A stretch of DNA of 61,530 bases, counting the filler, from Sphacelaria rigidula (Eukaryota), in the NCBI GenBank assembly GCA_964200075.2. It is 4 parts of 4 records of this genome, joined end to end, with 100 filler letters (N's around TTAATTAATTAA, not from the genome) between each part and the next. Parts side by side here need not be neighbours in the genome. Positions count along the whole stretch, not along the records: positions 30,818 to 46,124 come from CAXNAA020001806.1; positions 46,225 to 61,530 come from CAXNAA020001807.1; 2 more parts are not named here. One strand, 5' to 3'. The position numbers and the translations under genes were made by a program. The notes beneath the pieces are model-generated. The model saw only the letters and a program-made list of their open reading frames with translations. It was not told the DNA's origin and did no database searches. Below are positions 33,801 to 46,975 of this stretch, one piece after another. Positions within the stretch are counted from its first letter, which is position 1. The number at the start of each line of letters is the position of its first letter.

Positions 33801-36800
33801 TGGGTGTGGCATGAGCACATGGCCTGAAGCATGAGCAGCGCAGCAGTATACCAGAGCGGACTCAGTATCTCCGGTGCGTGGTGATACGACATAATCACGC
33901 ATCCGAAACCAGGGAAAACGCGCTGAAGGTTGCCAGTGTGGTGTGTTGTGATGCACCCGTAGCCCGAGTGGATATGGTCCAACTGTAGTAAATCTATTGT
34001 CCACCAGGCCAGCCCGCGGTTGGTCTTATCAGTGTAAGTGTAATCGGCCACAGTTCTTGCCTGAAAGAACATACTGTATATCAGCCCGGGACGGGTGAGG
34101 TGGGGGGTGAACGGATAGCCAATAATAAATCAAGCATTAACCCCCGGTAGACTCGACAACTTGCAAATTTTGTTCGAGCCCCCCCCGCCCCATTTCACGA
34201 TGCAGCAAGTATGCTCTGCGTACTGCATGCAATGAATAGCGTTCCCTTTTTTATCGACGGTTCCAGATGATGATAACGAAAGTCAATTCTTCGGAAAAGG
34301 AAGTCGCGGTTATCATGACAAACGATTTGCGGGAAGCCGCAAGTACAACCCTCAGTCGTCCGCCCTGACGAAATTCAGTTGTACCAGATGGATCACAGAG
34401 GCTCGGTGATCAGTGGTAGGTTTTCCGGGTTTGGTCTTCCCGTGCGCACAACTATTAATATCATGAAAAGGGAAGGACAAATCGAGGTACATCTGAACGG
34501 ATTTCGGTCACAAACAGGTACAGGTCGTACTGCAACGTAAATGCCTGAAATAACGGTCATGTGCTGGGTTGAAACCGCCGCGTACCTGGCGGTGACTAGA
34601 AAGGCAACAGATATATTCCTGAGGCTTTCGTATTTTCTCCGGAATCTGTATGTCAAGGTTCTACTGTTCCTGAACCAGGCGGATGCTGCATCTGTTGATG
34701 GCGGATTCCAAGGATCTGGAATGCTATATTCCTACGTCTCGCGGAGGATAAACCAACAATAGTTGTACTATTGAGCTCTTTCCACTGGGTGCACTCGATG
34801 AAAAGACGACATGCCCTCCGATCTCCGTACGAAGTACGACTTTTGCGTGCGGAGGCTCTGCCAACCAGTTTACCCGCGACCGCCAGCCCATGCGCGGACA
34901 AACAGATCAGGGCGCGAAACGTGCCAACGACGACCAGTCAGTCGCGCACTCGAGAGCCCCACAAGAGCCGTACACAAAAAAAAATACGACGGACGGTAGC
35001 CCATCAAGACGGAGAGGTAGTGAAACAATGTCGAAGAACTCAATGATACCCTCTGCCAAAGAGGTGGACCAATTTGGTCTGATGGATGTGTACTAGGGCC
35101 TAGAAGTTTCCTAGAAATGCAACCTTCAATCAAGTGTTCCTGCAGATGTCTTTCGCGTGTGTAGCTCAGCAGAGGCGTAGAAACGTTGACATCCAGAAAG
35201 AGAGCGGTAGCATGCCTTCAACTCAATCACCTCCTTTTCTCGCGTCTCTCCATTCGAATGGCACCTCCACGTTACATTTTCACACACGCTAGCCTAGATA
35301 TATGCCCTACCCGTGCACACCGCACGGAGCTTCACCGCAGTTTACGGTTACTCAGATGTATGATCCCGAGCTTACGAATTGTCCGGGAATTCGGGTTAGG
35401 GCTACGGTTGCTCATCTTCGCTTTGGTGCGTACGTTCATCGCCATTTGTACTTTACTGGAGTTAGGTCTGCACTCGATTGTTAATGTTCAAGCTACTATA
35501 CACTGCCTCGTTTCACGCGTTTGTCTTTGTGTAGTAATCAGTTACACTGAATGGAACATATACATTCTTCACAATGCGTGCCGGGACACATGAAGACCTG
35601 AAATGCGCAATATTGCGCAGTAACTCTTGAGTATCTCAGTGACCGGTCACTGAAATCTTTCAAACGCGGTGAGTACCTATGTGGTCGTAACTTTGGCTCT
35701 AGCGATTTACTTGGCAATTTTCCTGAGATGAGATCTTCGAAAATTGGCAGCCCACGAATATGCTTGTTTGTGGTTATTTGTCGGTATGTGCAGCAGTCAA
35801 CTGTGTGTGTGTGTGTGCGGCGTTCTGTGACTATTAATATGAGATCACGGTACACGCTTTCGAGCATACCGTATGTATCTCCCGATCGTGTTGAGAGTGT
35901 GAATGGAAATGCTTAGCACGTGTCTTTTCGAGGTGGTCTTAGTTTCGTATCTGCAATCCAACAGGATGTTGTTCCTGAAACGCCTCCTCGGGGTGGGGTA
36001 ATGGAATATTTTCATTGATCAGAGAGCCATTTTTACACGAAACATGACGATTTTGGACGATATCCAGCCAAACTTCACATCGCCACAGCCAAGAAGCATT
36101 TGACAATTGCGTGGCAACTGATCGGTACTGCTCCACACATGCCCGATACTGTCGTAGGCAAGTGTACCTCGACACCTTTTTTCTAACGATGCGCCTTTTG
36201 ATTGCTATACAAAACATTTTATGGTCCCTTCGGGGTTCAGATCTGCTTGAGGTATTTGACTTCATTGTAGTCGTTTAAGCGGGCGCTATCAGCAGATCGG
36301 TATCACAAAGTCCTTTGAGTTGAAGCATGCTCAGGTTCAAGACTCATCGCGTGCGTGGCATGATTTCGACACAGAGGTTGCAAAAAGGTGGAAAGTGCAA
36401 ACCTTTTGTCGACAGCCGGACTGATGGAGGATGACAATAGTCGACGTTCTACAGTCATGGGATTCGTGGGGTGGATTCCAGCTGCTGGTGCAGGCAAAGA
36501 ACGACTCGACGATCATGCGAGACGCCGGAGGGAGGTAGTCGCCAGACGCCGAGGAGGTATGTCTCGTGCAGTGGGCAGGCCGCGATACGGGTGAAATAGC
36601 GACCCATATGGCCATTGGTGAAGAAACCTGTAGCCAAAATACACCAAGGCGTAGTAGATGTGTCGTTCGTTTGTCTTGAACTCGCTTTGAGGGTGCTGTA
36701 GCCAAAATACACCAAGGCGTAGTAGATGTAGCATGTGTAGGATCCTGGATGATGACCAGGGTACAAGGGCATCCTGTGGATGATGACGCTTGCTGTGTAG

Positions 36801-39800
36801 CCTAAGCCTGATGGTACGGGTCGCGGCTGCTCACTTCATGAATGGAGCTCTAAGAGAAGTTCTTATCGAGCGTGAGGCCAGTGGATTCTTGAGAAGTCCC
36901 TCACTGAATAGCCCTCTACTCCAGATCGTCTGGCAGAGGCTATAAACCTCGTGTGTATCCACACGGAGAACCAGATGGACCAGGTACTGAAACCGTATAC
37001 ATGCCCCCAACAACGAGGGCGGCAAACATTGTTTCCTTTCACTCTTGTGATGATTTTTCAGACTCGTGCTAAGCTTCATTTCCCAAGACGCTTGAAATAC
37101 CCGTCCCGGCGACTTGGGGTCACTGTCCGAACCTCTACCCCCATCAGAAGCTGCCACGCTTGCGGGTCCATCCATGCCTTGCCGCCTCCGCACGTCAAGA
37201 GCATTGGCCTTGCTCTCGACCTGCAGAGGGCTGAAGGAGATGAACGCACAAGGCAGCATCTTCCGACGGGTGTGGAGTTCCGTAACGCAACCAAGTCTCC
37301 GGGGCAGATTTCGTCGGTAGTAGGTTCGCATGAGTCAGGGACATCATCACACAGACAAGGGGAAATCATGTTTGCCGTTTTGGTTGTTGATGAAATGTGT
37401 ACGGTTTCGGGAGCAGGTCCGCCTGGTTCTCCGTGTGCATATGCACCGGATTTCTGTACCACTTGCTGCGTAGGCTGCTTTACACCCGTAGTCGGTATCT
37501 GTCCACTGCGCGAGACGCACCTTCTCGGCATGTGGTAAATACTTACCCCCGGCTCTCCAAACGATCTCCAGGCTCTTCCGTCCCTGCACCTGCCGCCGGA
37601 ATCTATCCCAAGATGACCGTGACATATCTCAAGTCTCCAATTTGTGCCACATGCTATAGAGGCCACATGATACACTTTCTAATATGCGAGTCTCCCCTCA
37701 ACTATAAAGCTTTGTCAATCGTACTCACCCATTTCCAGCGTCGTCCGTGTTACCATCGCTCCCCACCCCAACCTCCCCTGACATCGGGGAGGCAGTGCCC
37801 CTACGCGGGAAGCAAGAGTAGCGCCGAACCAAACACAAAGCGCGAGGGAAGCAGGAGGGACAAAAACACGAACGCGTGTGGATGAAGTTGAAATTGCTTC
37901 CGGCAAGCTCCGGGATTCGATTCTGGGTAACGTTTAAATATACTGCAGAGCGCGAAAAACCTCCTTGCAGTCTGCCGCCCTGACTTTCGGTGGACTTCAG
38001 CTCCTCCAGGTGGAGGGATGCACGCCCACTGAATGACCCTGTGATTGAAGAGATCTAACCACTAGCACCGAGCGTCAGCTCTTACCGCCTAATCTCGTGA
38101 CAAATCTCGCTCTATGGGGGTAGGATGCAGGATCTACGCTCAACCTCCTTCACTTGCAAGCAACTCGACGGCGCAAGTGTGGGAATATTTGGCTCCAGCG
38201 CATTGCCACGAATGTACTCAGCGGCATGATTGGTCGGCAGAGAATGGTGATGTTCGAACGTGGATCTTTGGTGTCGCCGGCGACGACGAGAAGAAATCGT
38301 TGACAAGGAGCGGAACCACTCATTGGTGTGACGGAACTTGAACGACGGGAAGCCATGGGCGTGAGCGAGGTCCGGACCAGAGTACCCAACACGTGGAATC
38401 TGTTCCTGGGCGAAATTCTGGTACTACCGTGCGTTCAACCAGCTCCCTAAAACAACCGAACGACCCTGTGCTTCGCGAGGAATACCGGTGTCAGCCAGAG
38501 TTTCGATTATTCAGAAGGCAGCCATGGACAACCGCTTTCATCCCCACTAGCAAGGAGGGCGCGAAAAGAAAGTGATTCTGACCGGCAGAGTGTGAATAGG
38601 CGCCTCATCATTGGAGCATATAATTTGTTTTGCGTAGTATTAGGCCAGCTATGGCAGGATGTCTCATCACCATGTGCATGTAAAAAACGGAACCAAGCCC
38701 CCAGAAATATTGATTGATGCCGATCTAAGCGATAGATTTGGGGACTACGAGTGTGACAGCGGTTCCAGCATTTCGTGTATTGCTCTTGTCGATGAGCCAA
38801 CGCGTGAAATCGTCTTGTCCAGGGTTTGAGCAATTTGTACTCAGTATACCAAGCGTCTTCCGGTTTGAATGGTCGGATCTAGCGGCGAAGTAAACGCTTC
38901 TGAACCAGGTGGCGTGAAGTTTCGGTACGAGAAAAACTGGTATGTCTGGCACTGGACACTAGGAAGATATCACGCATTGTTTTGCCTTGTTCTGCTGTGA
39001 GGTGCGAAGTGTCAACGAGTTGCACACCGAAACATGGATTCTGGATAGATATATATCGATCAAGCAGCCAATTATCGGCGATGATGGCGCCTACTGCGGC
39101 AGTGCTACATGAACACACCTGGTTTGTGTTGTAGGGGAAACACCTAAATGCCGGCGTTGTTGTTGCAGTCGATGTGTGGAGAACTACCATATGATCATCG
39201 GGACTAATTTACTTTTCGAGTAAAGTTCAAACTCTCGGCTGATGGTCTGGTGCCCCGTCGCCGACTTTTGTTAGGATATAGAACATACTTTTACACGCTT
39301 TCTCGTGTACCTATATGGGTACGATCTCTCACATGCTTTGTGAAACATCGTCACCGTCCTCATCGGTTGCACTCGGCAAAAATACATATCTCATGTAGTA
39401 CGCGGAGGCTTGTCGAATAGGCAGTCCGCCGTAGGTTGATATCCGTCGCGAGAGAGCATGTTCAAGGCCTCGTTACCATACAACTCACTGAGACATGTGT
39501 CTGTATCTCTGGCGTTGCAACGCCTTAGCTTTTAGTTGGCATATCTATCGTGAATCCGGCCATCAATTGGCGTGCGTCCCGTGGTCGGGTGTGTTTTTTC
39601 GATAAAGATCAGCCGACTCCTCTAACGAGCTCGTCTGAAGCACTGCCTTGGGCGTGAAAACGTACGGTTTACGCCTGCTGGGCGGACGTAAATAAGATAC
39701 GATGAAATTCATCAACGACATCAGCGAGACGAGAATCAGACCGGGTACGGAGATAGGAGGAAGTGCTACGTGTGTTGCGTCGCAACTGTTCGTGTATCGG

Positions 39801-42680
39801 AGATGTGCGAGATTGCATTTACTGCAATTTAGAGTGGACAATAGATCACCCGTGACAACATGTCCGAACGCTTTGAATAGCAATGTTGAGAGAGGCCTTG
39901 CTCGGATATCTACTGTTCAACATGAGTATTAGTGATTTATCGGTCGCCTCGAACCAGTCTCGACGACCAGAGGAAAACATGCCCGGACTGTCTACAAGGA
40001 CATGCTGTCAATAATATAATGGTTCCATCGATACCCGATGGGAAGGTTGGAAATAATATGAATAGTAGGTCTGCATTTTGGCAACCAGATGACCAACACC
40101 AAACGCACAGACACCCCTGGACGGGCATTATCCAGGGTATGTTCAGTCGACAACGCGTCTAAAAATGGTTTTGTGAAGTTGAGAGTTCAGCGTTGATTGA
40201 CAGCGAGTTTTATCATTCGCACTAATTTGGCCAGATTTTCATTTCGTGTGTGCGTTTCTTTGCCTGTATCACTGTCGTGTGCTTGCAGTTACACGTCGAT
40301 ATCGTACTGAGGGATATTGAAGGCTTCAGTGGCAAGCTCCTACAGAAAGTGTATCGGGTCTCGTCGAGCGGCATTTCGGAAGTGAACATTTTTCTTCATT
40401 CATTGACCGCTCCTGACTCTCGATCGTATCCTGAAATCTCAACCTCACGAAAACATGTTTGTCTTTGCGGCCACATACTGGCCTAGAATAACGTTTTCCA
40501 AAGACAAATGTGTATTTCGTCAACACAGGTTCGTAGATCATCAGAGACACGGACTACGTATACATCAGATTCCCCTACAAAAGGCAACATGCAGCACAAA
40601 TTCCACCCTACGTGGTTATCGAGACCCCATTTACCCACAGTTCAGCGTCCTCAAGTTTTGGGCAAGCGTAAGCACAACGTGTTCGAGAAACAGGCTCCGG
40701 CAGTGTGTTGTTATTTCTTTTGGGTGTTTCGGCAAATTTTTCGTGACTATACGTTACCGTACGCAGCGCAGTGCATGAAATACAGCAAAATCTCGAGCTT
40801 CTTGTGCGCGAGAGAGTCTGAGAGAGGAACCACCATGCCTTCGCGCTGGTGAGGTGGAATACCGTACCAGAACCTGTTTTTCCCAAAAGTATATTTGCGT
40901 TGACATCCAGAATTGTGCTTTAACTGCGGTGAACCTACTTGAAGGCCACCGCACCAACGCGGTGCTGCATTATGTCACATGATTGATGGTGTCTTTGACG
41001 ATCCAGGTCTGAAAGAGAGCCGGGGGCTCGTGCGTCTGGGTGCAACTCCACCGCTTCTCGGCAATTCTCTACACACTAAGGCGCAGTGTACGCGGTAGTT
41101 GATGGTGTACGTGGGCGCTTCAACTTCAACCGCTCCGACTGATGATTACTGCAGCTAATTTCTATTTCGTGTCAGGGCTGGGAAGTAAGAAGATGGAGAG
41201 CTCAGGGGGTGGTTTCGAACCACTGATAACCCCAAATCCTGTGAGATCTGTAAACCACCGCAGGATTTGTTTGCGTGTTACCCAAAGCATCAAGTCTTTT
41301 CAACCGAATGCAATTGTGAAACGGCTGGGCGTCTGGCAAGCATCCAGCTGAGCACAGCTTGTCATGTCTGAGCGACAATCATCCCATTTTCAGGGAGGAG
41401 AAGGAGCACCAGTTTGCCTCACTCAAGAAAATTATCCTCGAAGGGGGGTGGTGAGTGATTACCGCCTGGGGAAAATTTTATTCAATTCTGACACAAACAA
41501 CCTTGTTTTTCTCCACCACTTCGGCACCAGCAAGACCCAACGCGCGGCAGACGGGTATGCTCGGGTCTCCACCCGAGCTGTGGCGTGTTTGGTGGTAGCT
41601 CTGTAGCTGTCAGGCTCAGCGAAAGCGTGATTCCTCTGCTTTTTCATCATCAGTCTCTGATATTGTACAACAATCGGAAAAGAAGAAGAGAAAGCTGCTC
41701 GTAGTCGAAGAAGTTCGGTAGTGTTGACCCAGTCCTCGATGACAAATAGCAAGGCCAGTACCGGGGAAGATTCGGATCGATCTCTTGATGCAACGGTGCT
41801 CTCGATGGAAGTTGCTGGACCTTGAAACATCGGCAACTGAGAAGTGAACTCTCGGGGAGGCGGCAGAAATATTTTAGAAAAGCGCAATTCGGAGAAGAAG
41901 GCAAATCACATCGACGACAGGCGGGAGTGAACAGAAAGGAGGGGGATACGGAGCGAGGATGTGACGCCGAGACGCCGCCGCTGCCAGGTAGGCGCGGAAA
42001 AGCTAAATCTAAGCAGTGAAGTTGGGATACGGCAGCACAGGAGCCCGTGTTTCGCAGTAGTTGTTTGCGCACAGAGAGTTCACGAGAAGATGGGTAGCCC
42101 ATGTGTTGATGGAGATGACTACAGTAGCATCGGTAAGATACGGTAGACGGGTTTTAACTTGTTTTGTCCCATAGCTTGGTTAACTCTGCGATATTGAAGC
42201 GTCCTTCGGTTTTGTTGAGTAATTCTACGGTAGCGGTGCACTTTTTGATCCAAAATTCCCCCGAGGCTGCACACTAAGGCCCAGAGTGTGAGTTGGGCAT
42301 CAACAGCGCCACATAGTACAGACTTGGAGACAGCTGCCGGGAGTTGGCGCCTTCTCACGAACGCGCAGATGTATGCGGGCAAGCTAATCTATCTGTTCCA
42401 GATATCGGAATGCACGCAAGCACCCCCGGTCGGAAGGACAGTCCATTTGACTAATGCTGATTCGGAGAGTAATGCGCAGTGTCATGGGATGTCGGAAGTC
42501 AGCTCTCAAGCAGGAGACGGTGGGTGAAATGCTGGGAATCTACAGGTCGCGCATCTCCTCCGCATCAACTCGGGAGGGAGGAAACTCAGACACCGGTGGA
42601 TTCTGCGTCCGGGTGCAGGGAAACGAAAAAATAATGCGACAGATGAATTAAACAGGCTTGTGGCGCCGGAAAAAACCACA

Positions 42681-43350
42681 CACTGAAAATCGTTTTCTTC
42701 AACGTGCATGTTGTTGTCGTGGGTTTGGTACACGCCACAACTCATGATAAAAACGAAAGAAATGCAGAGATAATAACCTTCAAATTTGTGTTTCACCTCA
42801 TAGCGCCAGACGGTTTGTACCGGCGACAAGTAGGCGGCGACCCGCTCATCTGGGCTAGTTTGAAAAAAATTGTAGTTATGACACTTTTTTCTCGTCACTT
42901 TAACAACGGGGCGTGTTCGAAGTCGTTTCACACTACCGTTAGTTCACAAGCATTTCAAAGAAAATGCCAGGAAACATGCAGAAAAGGCACAACAGCGCGC
43001 TGGAAATAAAACACAGACTAAATTCAGCGCCCTGCGGTGCCTTTCCTGCATGCTTTCTGGCATTTTCTCCACGATGCTTGTCAAGTTACAGTAGGGTGTC
43101 AACGACACTGAGCACACCCCAAGGTTAAATCGGCGAAAACGAACATGAAAGCGACAACTCTCCGAGAATCAGTACACAGGACCAGGATGTCGTTTTCTCC
43201 TCGCCGGTACAAGTCGTCCAGTCCTATGATGTGAAACGAAAAACAGAGAGGCTTTTTCGCAACAGTTTATCTCGTGTTTTTAGTGAGTTGTGACATGCAG
43301 TATTAATCCCACGACAACACACGCGTGTTGAAAACAACCCAAATTTTCAG
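42681..43350. repeat. Degenerate foldback (inverted arms of ~310 bp centred near 43010)
   Basis: AGAAAATGCCAGGAAACATGCAGAAAAGGCAC vs GTGCCTTTCCTGCATGCTTTCTGGCATTTTCT; TGTTGTCGTGGG...CACAACTCA vs TGAGTTGTG...CCCACGACAACA. Confidence 0.75.
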
Positions 43351-45040
43351 CCTACGTTTTGAGTTGTTGTCTTGACCAAAGTGTTCACGTGCATCGTCAG
43401 TCTATGGGCGCTTGTGTAGGCACGAGGTATACATATATACATGTATACGTCTACCGAGAAACCAGAATGTCTGAGGGTGTACTGGAGGGATTCCGAGGCG
43501 CACCGAACGCGTAACAGAGGAAGTGAAGATTGCTCCTGTCAGGCTCGAGCCGTACACGCGTGCCATCTTCAAGTAACGCCATAGCCGCGACGGTAAACTC
43601 AAGAATGTCGCAGCTGAAGTGAAAGAAGTGCGGATTCTCAAGCAAGGTATGCGGCATCGTGGTAGTCGTGAGGGAAAATGCAACGGTTTCGGGCGCTTCA
43701 ACAGACAGCGGTTGGAGTCTACTACTGCCCATGGCACCAACATGTTTGAACGCTAGGGGCACGCGGCACGTGCTGGAAGCGAATATTTCACACAATCCTG
43801 GACCAAATGATGCGTGTCTCACCGGTCATCTTCACCACCATCCATTATGATGCCTGATATACCCGAAAGAGGCGAGCCAAAGTGTCGCGGTTGAATCCGC
43901 AGTTCATCTGCATATTGAGCACGCCCGAATGGTAGGTAACAACGCAAATAAATTGTTTGGCCGTCCGGGCAGTTTGTACAGTTCAAAGCTACGTCGGAAG
44001 CACTACATCTGCATGCAACGTCGTGCGTGATATATAGTGGTATACCGGAAAGGGGGACGAATACCCCAGATGGTGCAGCTTTGACCGTCATTGGTGAGGA
44101 AATACTCATTTTGTTTTGCACGAGCATATCGGAGACACCCTCAGTCGTTTACCACGCAATAATCAAACTCGGGAAACCATCCACACGTTTGTTGTTGGAG
44201 AATATGATAACATAACTGGTCAAGACAAGACTCCAGGCTGCAGAAACGGAATGGCATTTCCAAAACTTGAAGTTGCAACCAGACATCCTGGCGGAACTTT
44301 TGCGGTAGAAACGAACGCCAATATGAAGCATTATACTTTCTCATGCGATGTTCTGACCATACAAACCAATGCAAAACTGGGATCATGAGGAAAGCGAAAA
44401 GGTGTTTCGCGCGAATTTCACCTTCTTCGTGGTTGTCGACATCGGGTGGTTTACTCGAAACTGCCTGTGCCCCTCATGATTTTGGTCAGTGATCAATACT
44501 GTGCGGTTTATACCCGAGAACAGCTCTTCCTCTTTGCGATGTGTCGAATTCCTGGCAGCAAACCACTATGTCGACAAGCAGCACAACCTAAAGATATCCG
44601 GATATGCTGGAAACAAGTAGGCAACAAAATGTGACCATATTTGACTTGTCTCAATAGAACATGCCCTCCCTGGTGGCACCTTGGCAAGGCCTCTTGATTT
44701 CGCGCTTGGAATGTTTTCATCCGCTTACCGAACCGGAATAATATGAGGGGTTACTGTTGACGACGTGCAGTACGGTTACACTCTTTGAGCTGCCACACCG
44801 GTTATCCATCACACCCTAGTACTCTGACCAGGTTCCGAGACCCTCGGAGCCCTGTTTCCCAGAAGGGCACCTCGCCAGTTCGGAGGTTCTTTGCCGCTTG
44901 ACATGGTGCACACTAGCCCAACTTGCGCTTTCAAGCTCACTTGCTCCGGTAAGGGTTGCTATTATCGAACGAAAGATGAAAAAATCGGAATCAAGTTGAG
45001 CGTGAGCATCGTTCAGCTGAAGAAGCCCCGTGACTACGAC

Positions 45041-45257
45041 TGTAATGCGTGAGAGGACCGTGTGCTTAGAGGACCGCATCAGAATTTGAGCATCCCCATG
45101 GTTAGGGTTAGGGATAGGGTTAGGGTTAGGGTTAGGGTTAGGGTTAGGGGCATGGTACCTGCAGGGACTGGCCCCCTTGGTTTTGAAAAACGTTGATCCT
45201 GAGGTATTTTTAACAACGCCGCGGTCCTCTAAGCACGCGGTCCTCTCACGCCTTACA
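45041..45257. mobile_element. 217-bp MITE with TGT...ACA termini and internal (TTAGGG)n
   Basis: 37-bp TIR TGTAATGCGTGAGAGGACCGTGTGCTTAGAGGACCGC (2 mismatches), exact 5-bp TSD ACGAC, and about 8 TTAGGG units at 45100-45149. Confidence 0.9.
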
Positions 45258-46049
45258 ACGACAACAATCGTGTGGCACAGTGTAAGCTACATGAAACGTA
45301 ATGCTGCACAAGAGGATACCCAGTATAATCGCATAGAGACAGAGGAGAGAAAAACGACGCGTGGCTGTAGAACATCTCTTGGATCACTGAACAGACCGAG
45401 TCACACAAAATTAGCATAGAAAACAAAACACGGGCGGTAGTGTGCTCACCACAGGGTAGCAATCGTGATCTTACTCTGTTCGATCATGTCATTTTCGCTG
45501 GGTTGCACAATCTGTGTTGTTTACATGTCCAACCAGTCGGACGCTGCTCTTCCAGCCTCCGCTGAAAGAGGCCCAAGAGGCCTACGGCCACGAAACTTAC
45601 CTCTACTCCGCTGCGGTCAATCCTTGGGCTGGGGCACCCGGAAATTTTCTAGGGCCCCGGGAAACTCCAGGCCTTCACGGGGCCGGAGAGGTACCTCGAG
45701 GGGATACTGCAACGACGGGCGATTATGACGAGTAGCGGGATTCAGAACGCGCAAACAACGTGCCAGGACGCTCTCGTGAGGATGTCCGGCGTGCGCACAA
45801 CGTACCAACAGCACTTTGAATGCACGTTAAACCCCACCAGCGCGTCGGTCGTTGCAATACCCCCTCAAGATACCTCTTTGCCCACGTATATTCGGCCTCG
45901 TCTCTAGGTGATGGGAATGTAATGCGTGCTTGCAGGTAGCTCGTCCGTTGCTATAGCGAAAAGGCGGCGCAACTGACGACGGTTACATGTAGAATTTCTC
46001 CGCTCTCAGAAAGAGGCGTTATTTTGTCAGTTGTCGGTTGTGCCCAGCT

Positions 46050-46124
46050 GTGTTGTGTTGTGTTGTTGTCCCTTTTATTCTGGGCACCAGTCTACACCTT
46101 TCGGTGTATGTGGGTGCATCAGCC
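46050..46124 (-). mobile_element. 3' end of SINE (same family as 6226-6575), truncated by the gap
   Basis: (TGTTG)n tail plus ACACCTTTCGGTGTATGTGGGTGCATCAGCC. Confidence 0.65.
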
Positions 46125-46224
46125 NNNNNNNNNNNNNNNNNNNNNNNNNNNNNNNNNNNNNNNNNNNNTTAATTAATTAANNNNNNNNNNNNNNNNNNNN
46201 NNNNNNNNNNNNNNNNNNNNNNNN
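46125..46224. other. Assembly gap with six-frame stop linker
   Basis: 100 nt of N with an embedded TTAATTAATTAA. Confidence 0.98.
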
Positions 46225-46242
46225 ATGATGATGATGATGACA

Positions 46243-46273
<31 letters not shown>

Positions 46274-46287
46274 CGATGATGGCGATG
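46225..46287. repeat. (ATG/GAT)n microsatellite at contig edge
   Basis: About 20 imperfect ATG units directly after the gap. Confidence 0.95.
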
Positions 46288-46433
46288 GATCTACTGCTGT
46301 TAAATACTATCAATGGGGGTTATGACGCGATGCTCCTGATAGTGCTGACAAATGCTTCCGTGTTAACTTATTGATGTATTCTTGTTCCACCCCACGTTCA
46401 CATGTCCGTATATGAAAACTGCAAAAAAAAAAG

Positions 46434-46596
46434 AATTGGGGTCGGGGACGAGGCAGACTTCGGTCCTATGGAAGAACTGGACGGGGATGAGGTTCGCATC
46501 AAGGATTACACCGGGAAGCCTGCATCTAGGGACATCGTGCAGTTCGTGCCCATGAAGGACTTCCGACAAGCAGATTTCCATTCCCTTGCTCGAGAG
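46434..46596 (+). CDS. Copine (vWA domain C-terminal part), penultimate exon; gene 5'-partial
   Basis: aag|A ATT...GAG|gtacgt. Encodes IGVGDEADFGPMEELDGDEVRIKDYTGKPASRDIVQFVPMKDFRQADFHSLARE, matching the copine signature IVGVG..DF..M..LDGD...A.RDIVQFVP. Confidence 0.92.
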
Positions 46597-46724
46597 GTAC
46601 GTACTAGCGGACCTGCGCCAGCCTGTATGCAAGATGGAAGGATAGGCAAGATAGGGCTACCTATTTGTTTTGGTCATCCTCCATCACTGCGAGTAGGATT
46701 TCGCTCGTGAGGATTTATCGGAGG

Positions 46725-46975
46725 GGCGGGCGGGAAAATACGTGCCGTTTCATACTCAAAAATGTGCGCCGCGCTGCAATGCGTGTCATTTCTTGTCGTG
46801 ATGGTGTGCGCTACGGGGGGGGGAACAGACTACGGGCAAATCAGTGCCGATTCCTACTCTAAACCGTGCGGTACGAAATGTCTGTGCCGTTCCGTGGTGT
46901 CAATATGCGCTGCGGACGTGGGGGCGGGGACGGGCAAATAAGTGCCGCTTCGTGATCGGGAATGTGCGCTACAAA
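46725..46975. repeat. Three degenerate ~100-bp tandem units in the copine intron
   Basis: CGGG(C/A)AAAT..GTGCCG.TTC.T.......A.TGTGCG recurs at about 46731, 46833 and 46931. Confidence 0.6.

Noticed and set aside
36951-37675. Overlapping 195-199 aa ORFs on both strands
   Set aside because: No recognisable domain, and they lie within repeat-derived, inverted-duplicated sequence.
45100-45149. Chromosome end or true telomere
   Set aside because: The tract is short, internal, and enclosed by TIRs and a TSD of a MITE.
45555-45735. GC-rich exon-like segment (PPLKEAQEAYGHETYLYS...) as an upstream copine exon
   Set aside because: No copine or C2 motif, it is separated from the copine by a gap, and I found no partner exons.
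15310-46224. Three identical TTAATTAATTAA motifs within N runs
   Set aside because: They are an artificial six-frame-stop contig linker, not biology. They also mean that linkage of the NTase, CBM32-like and copine genes cannot be treated as a gene cluster.
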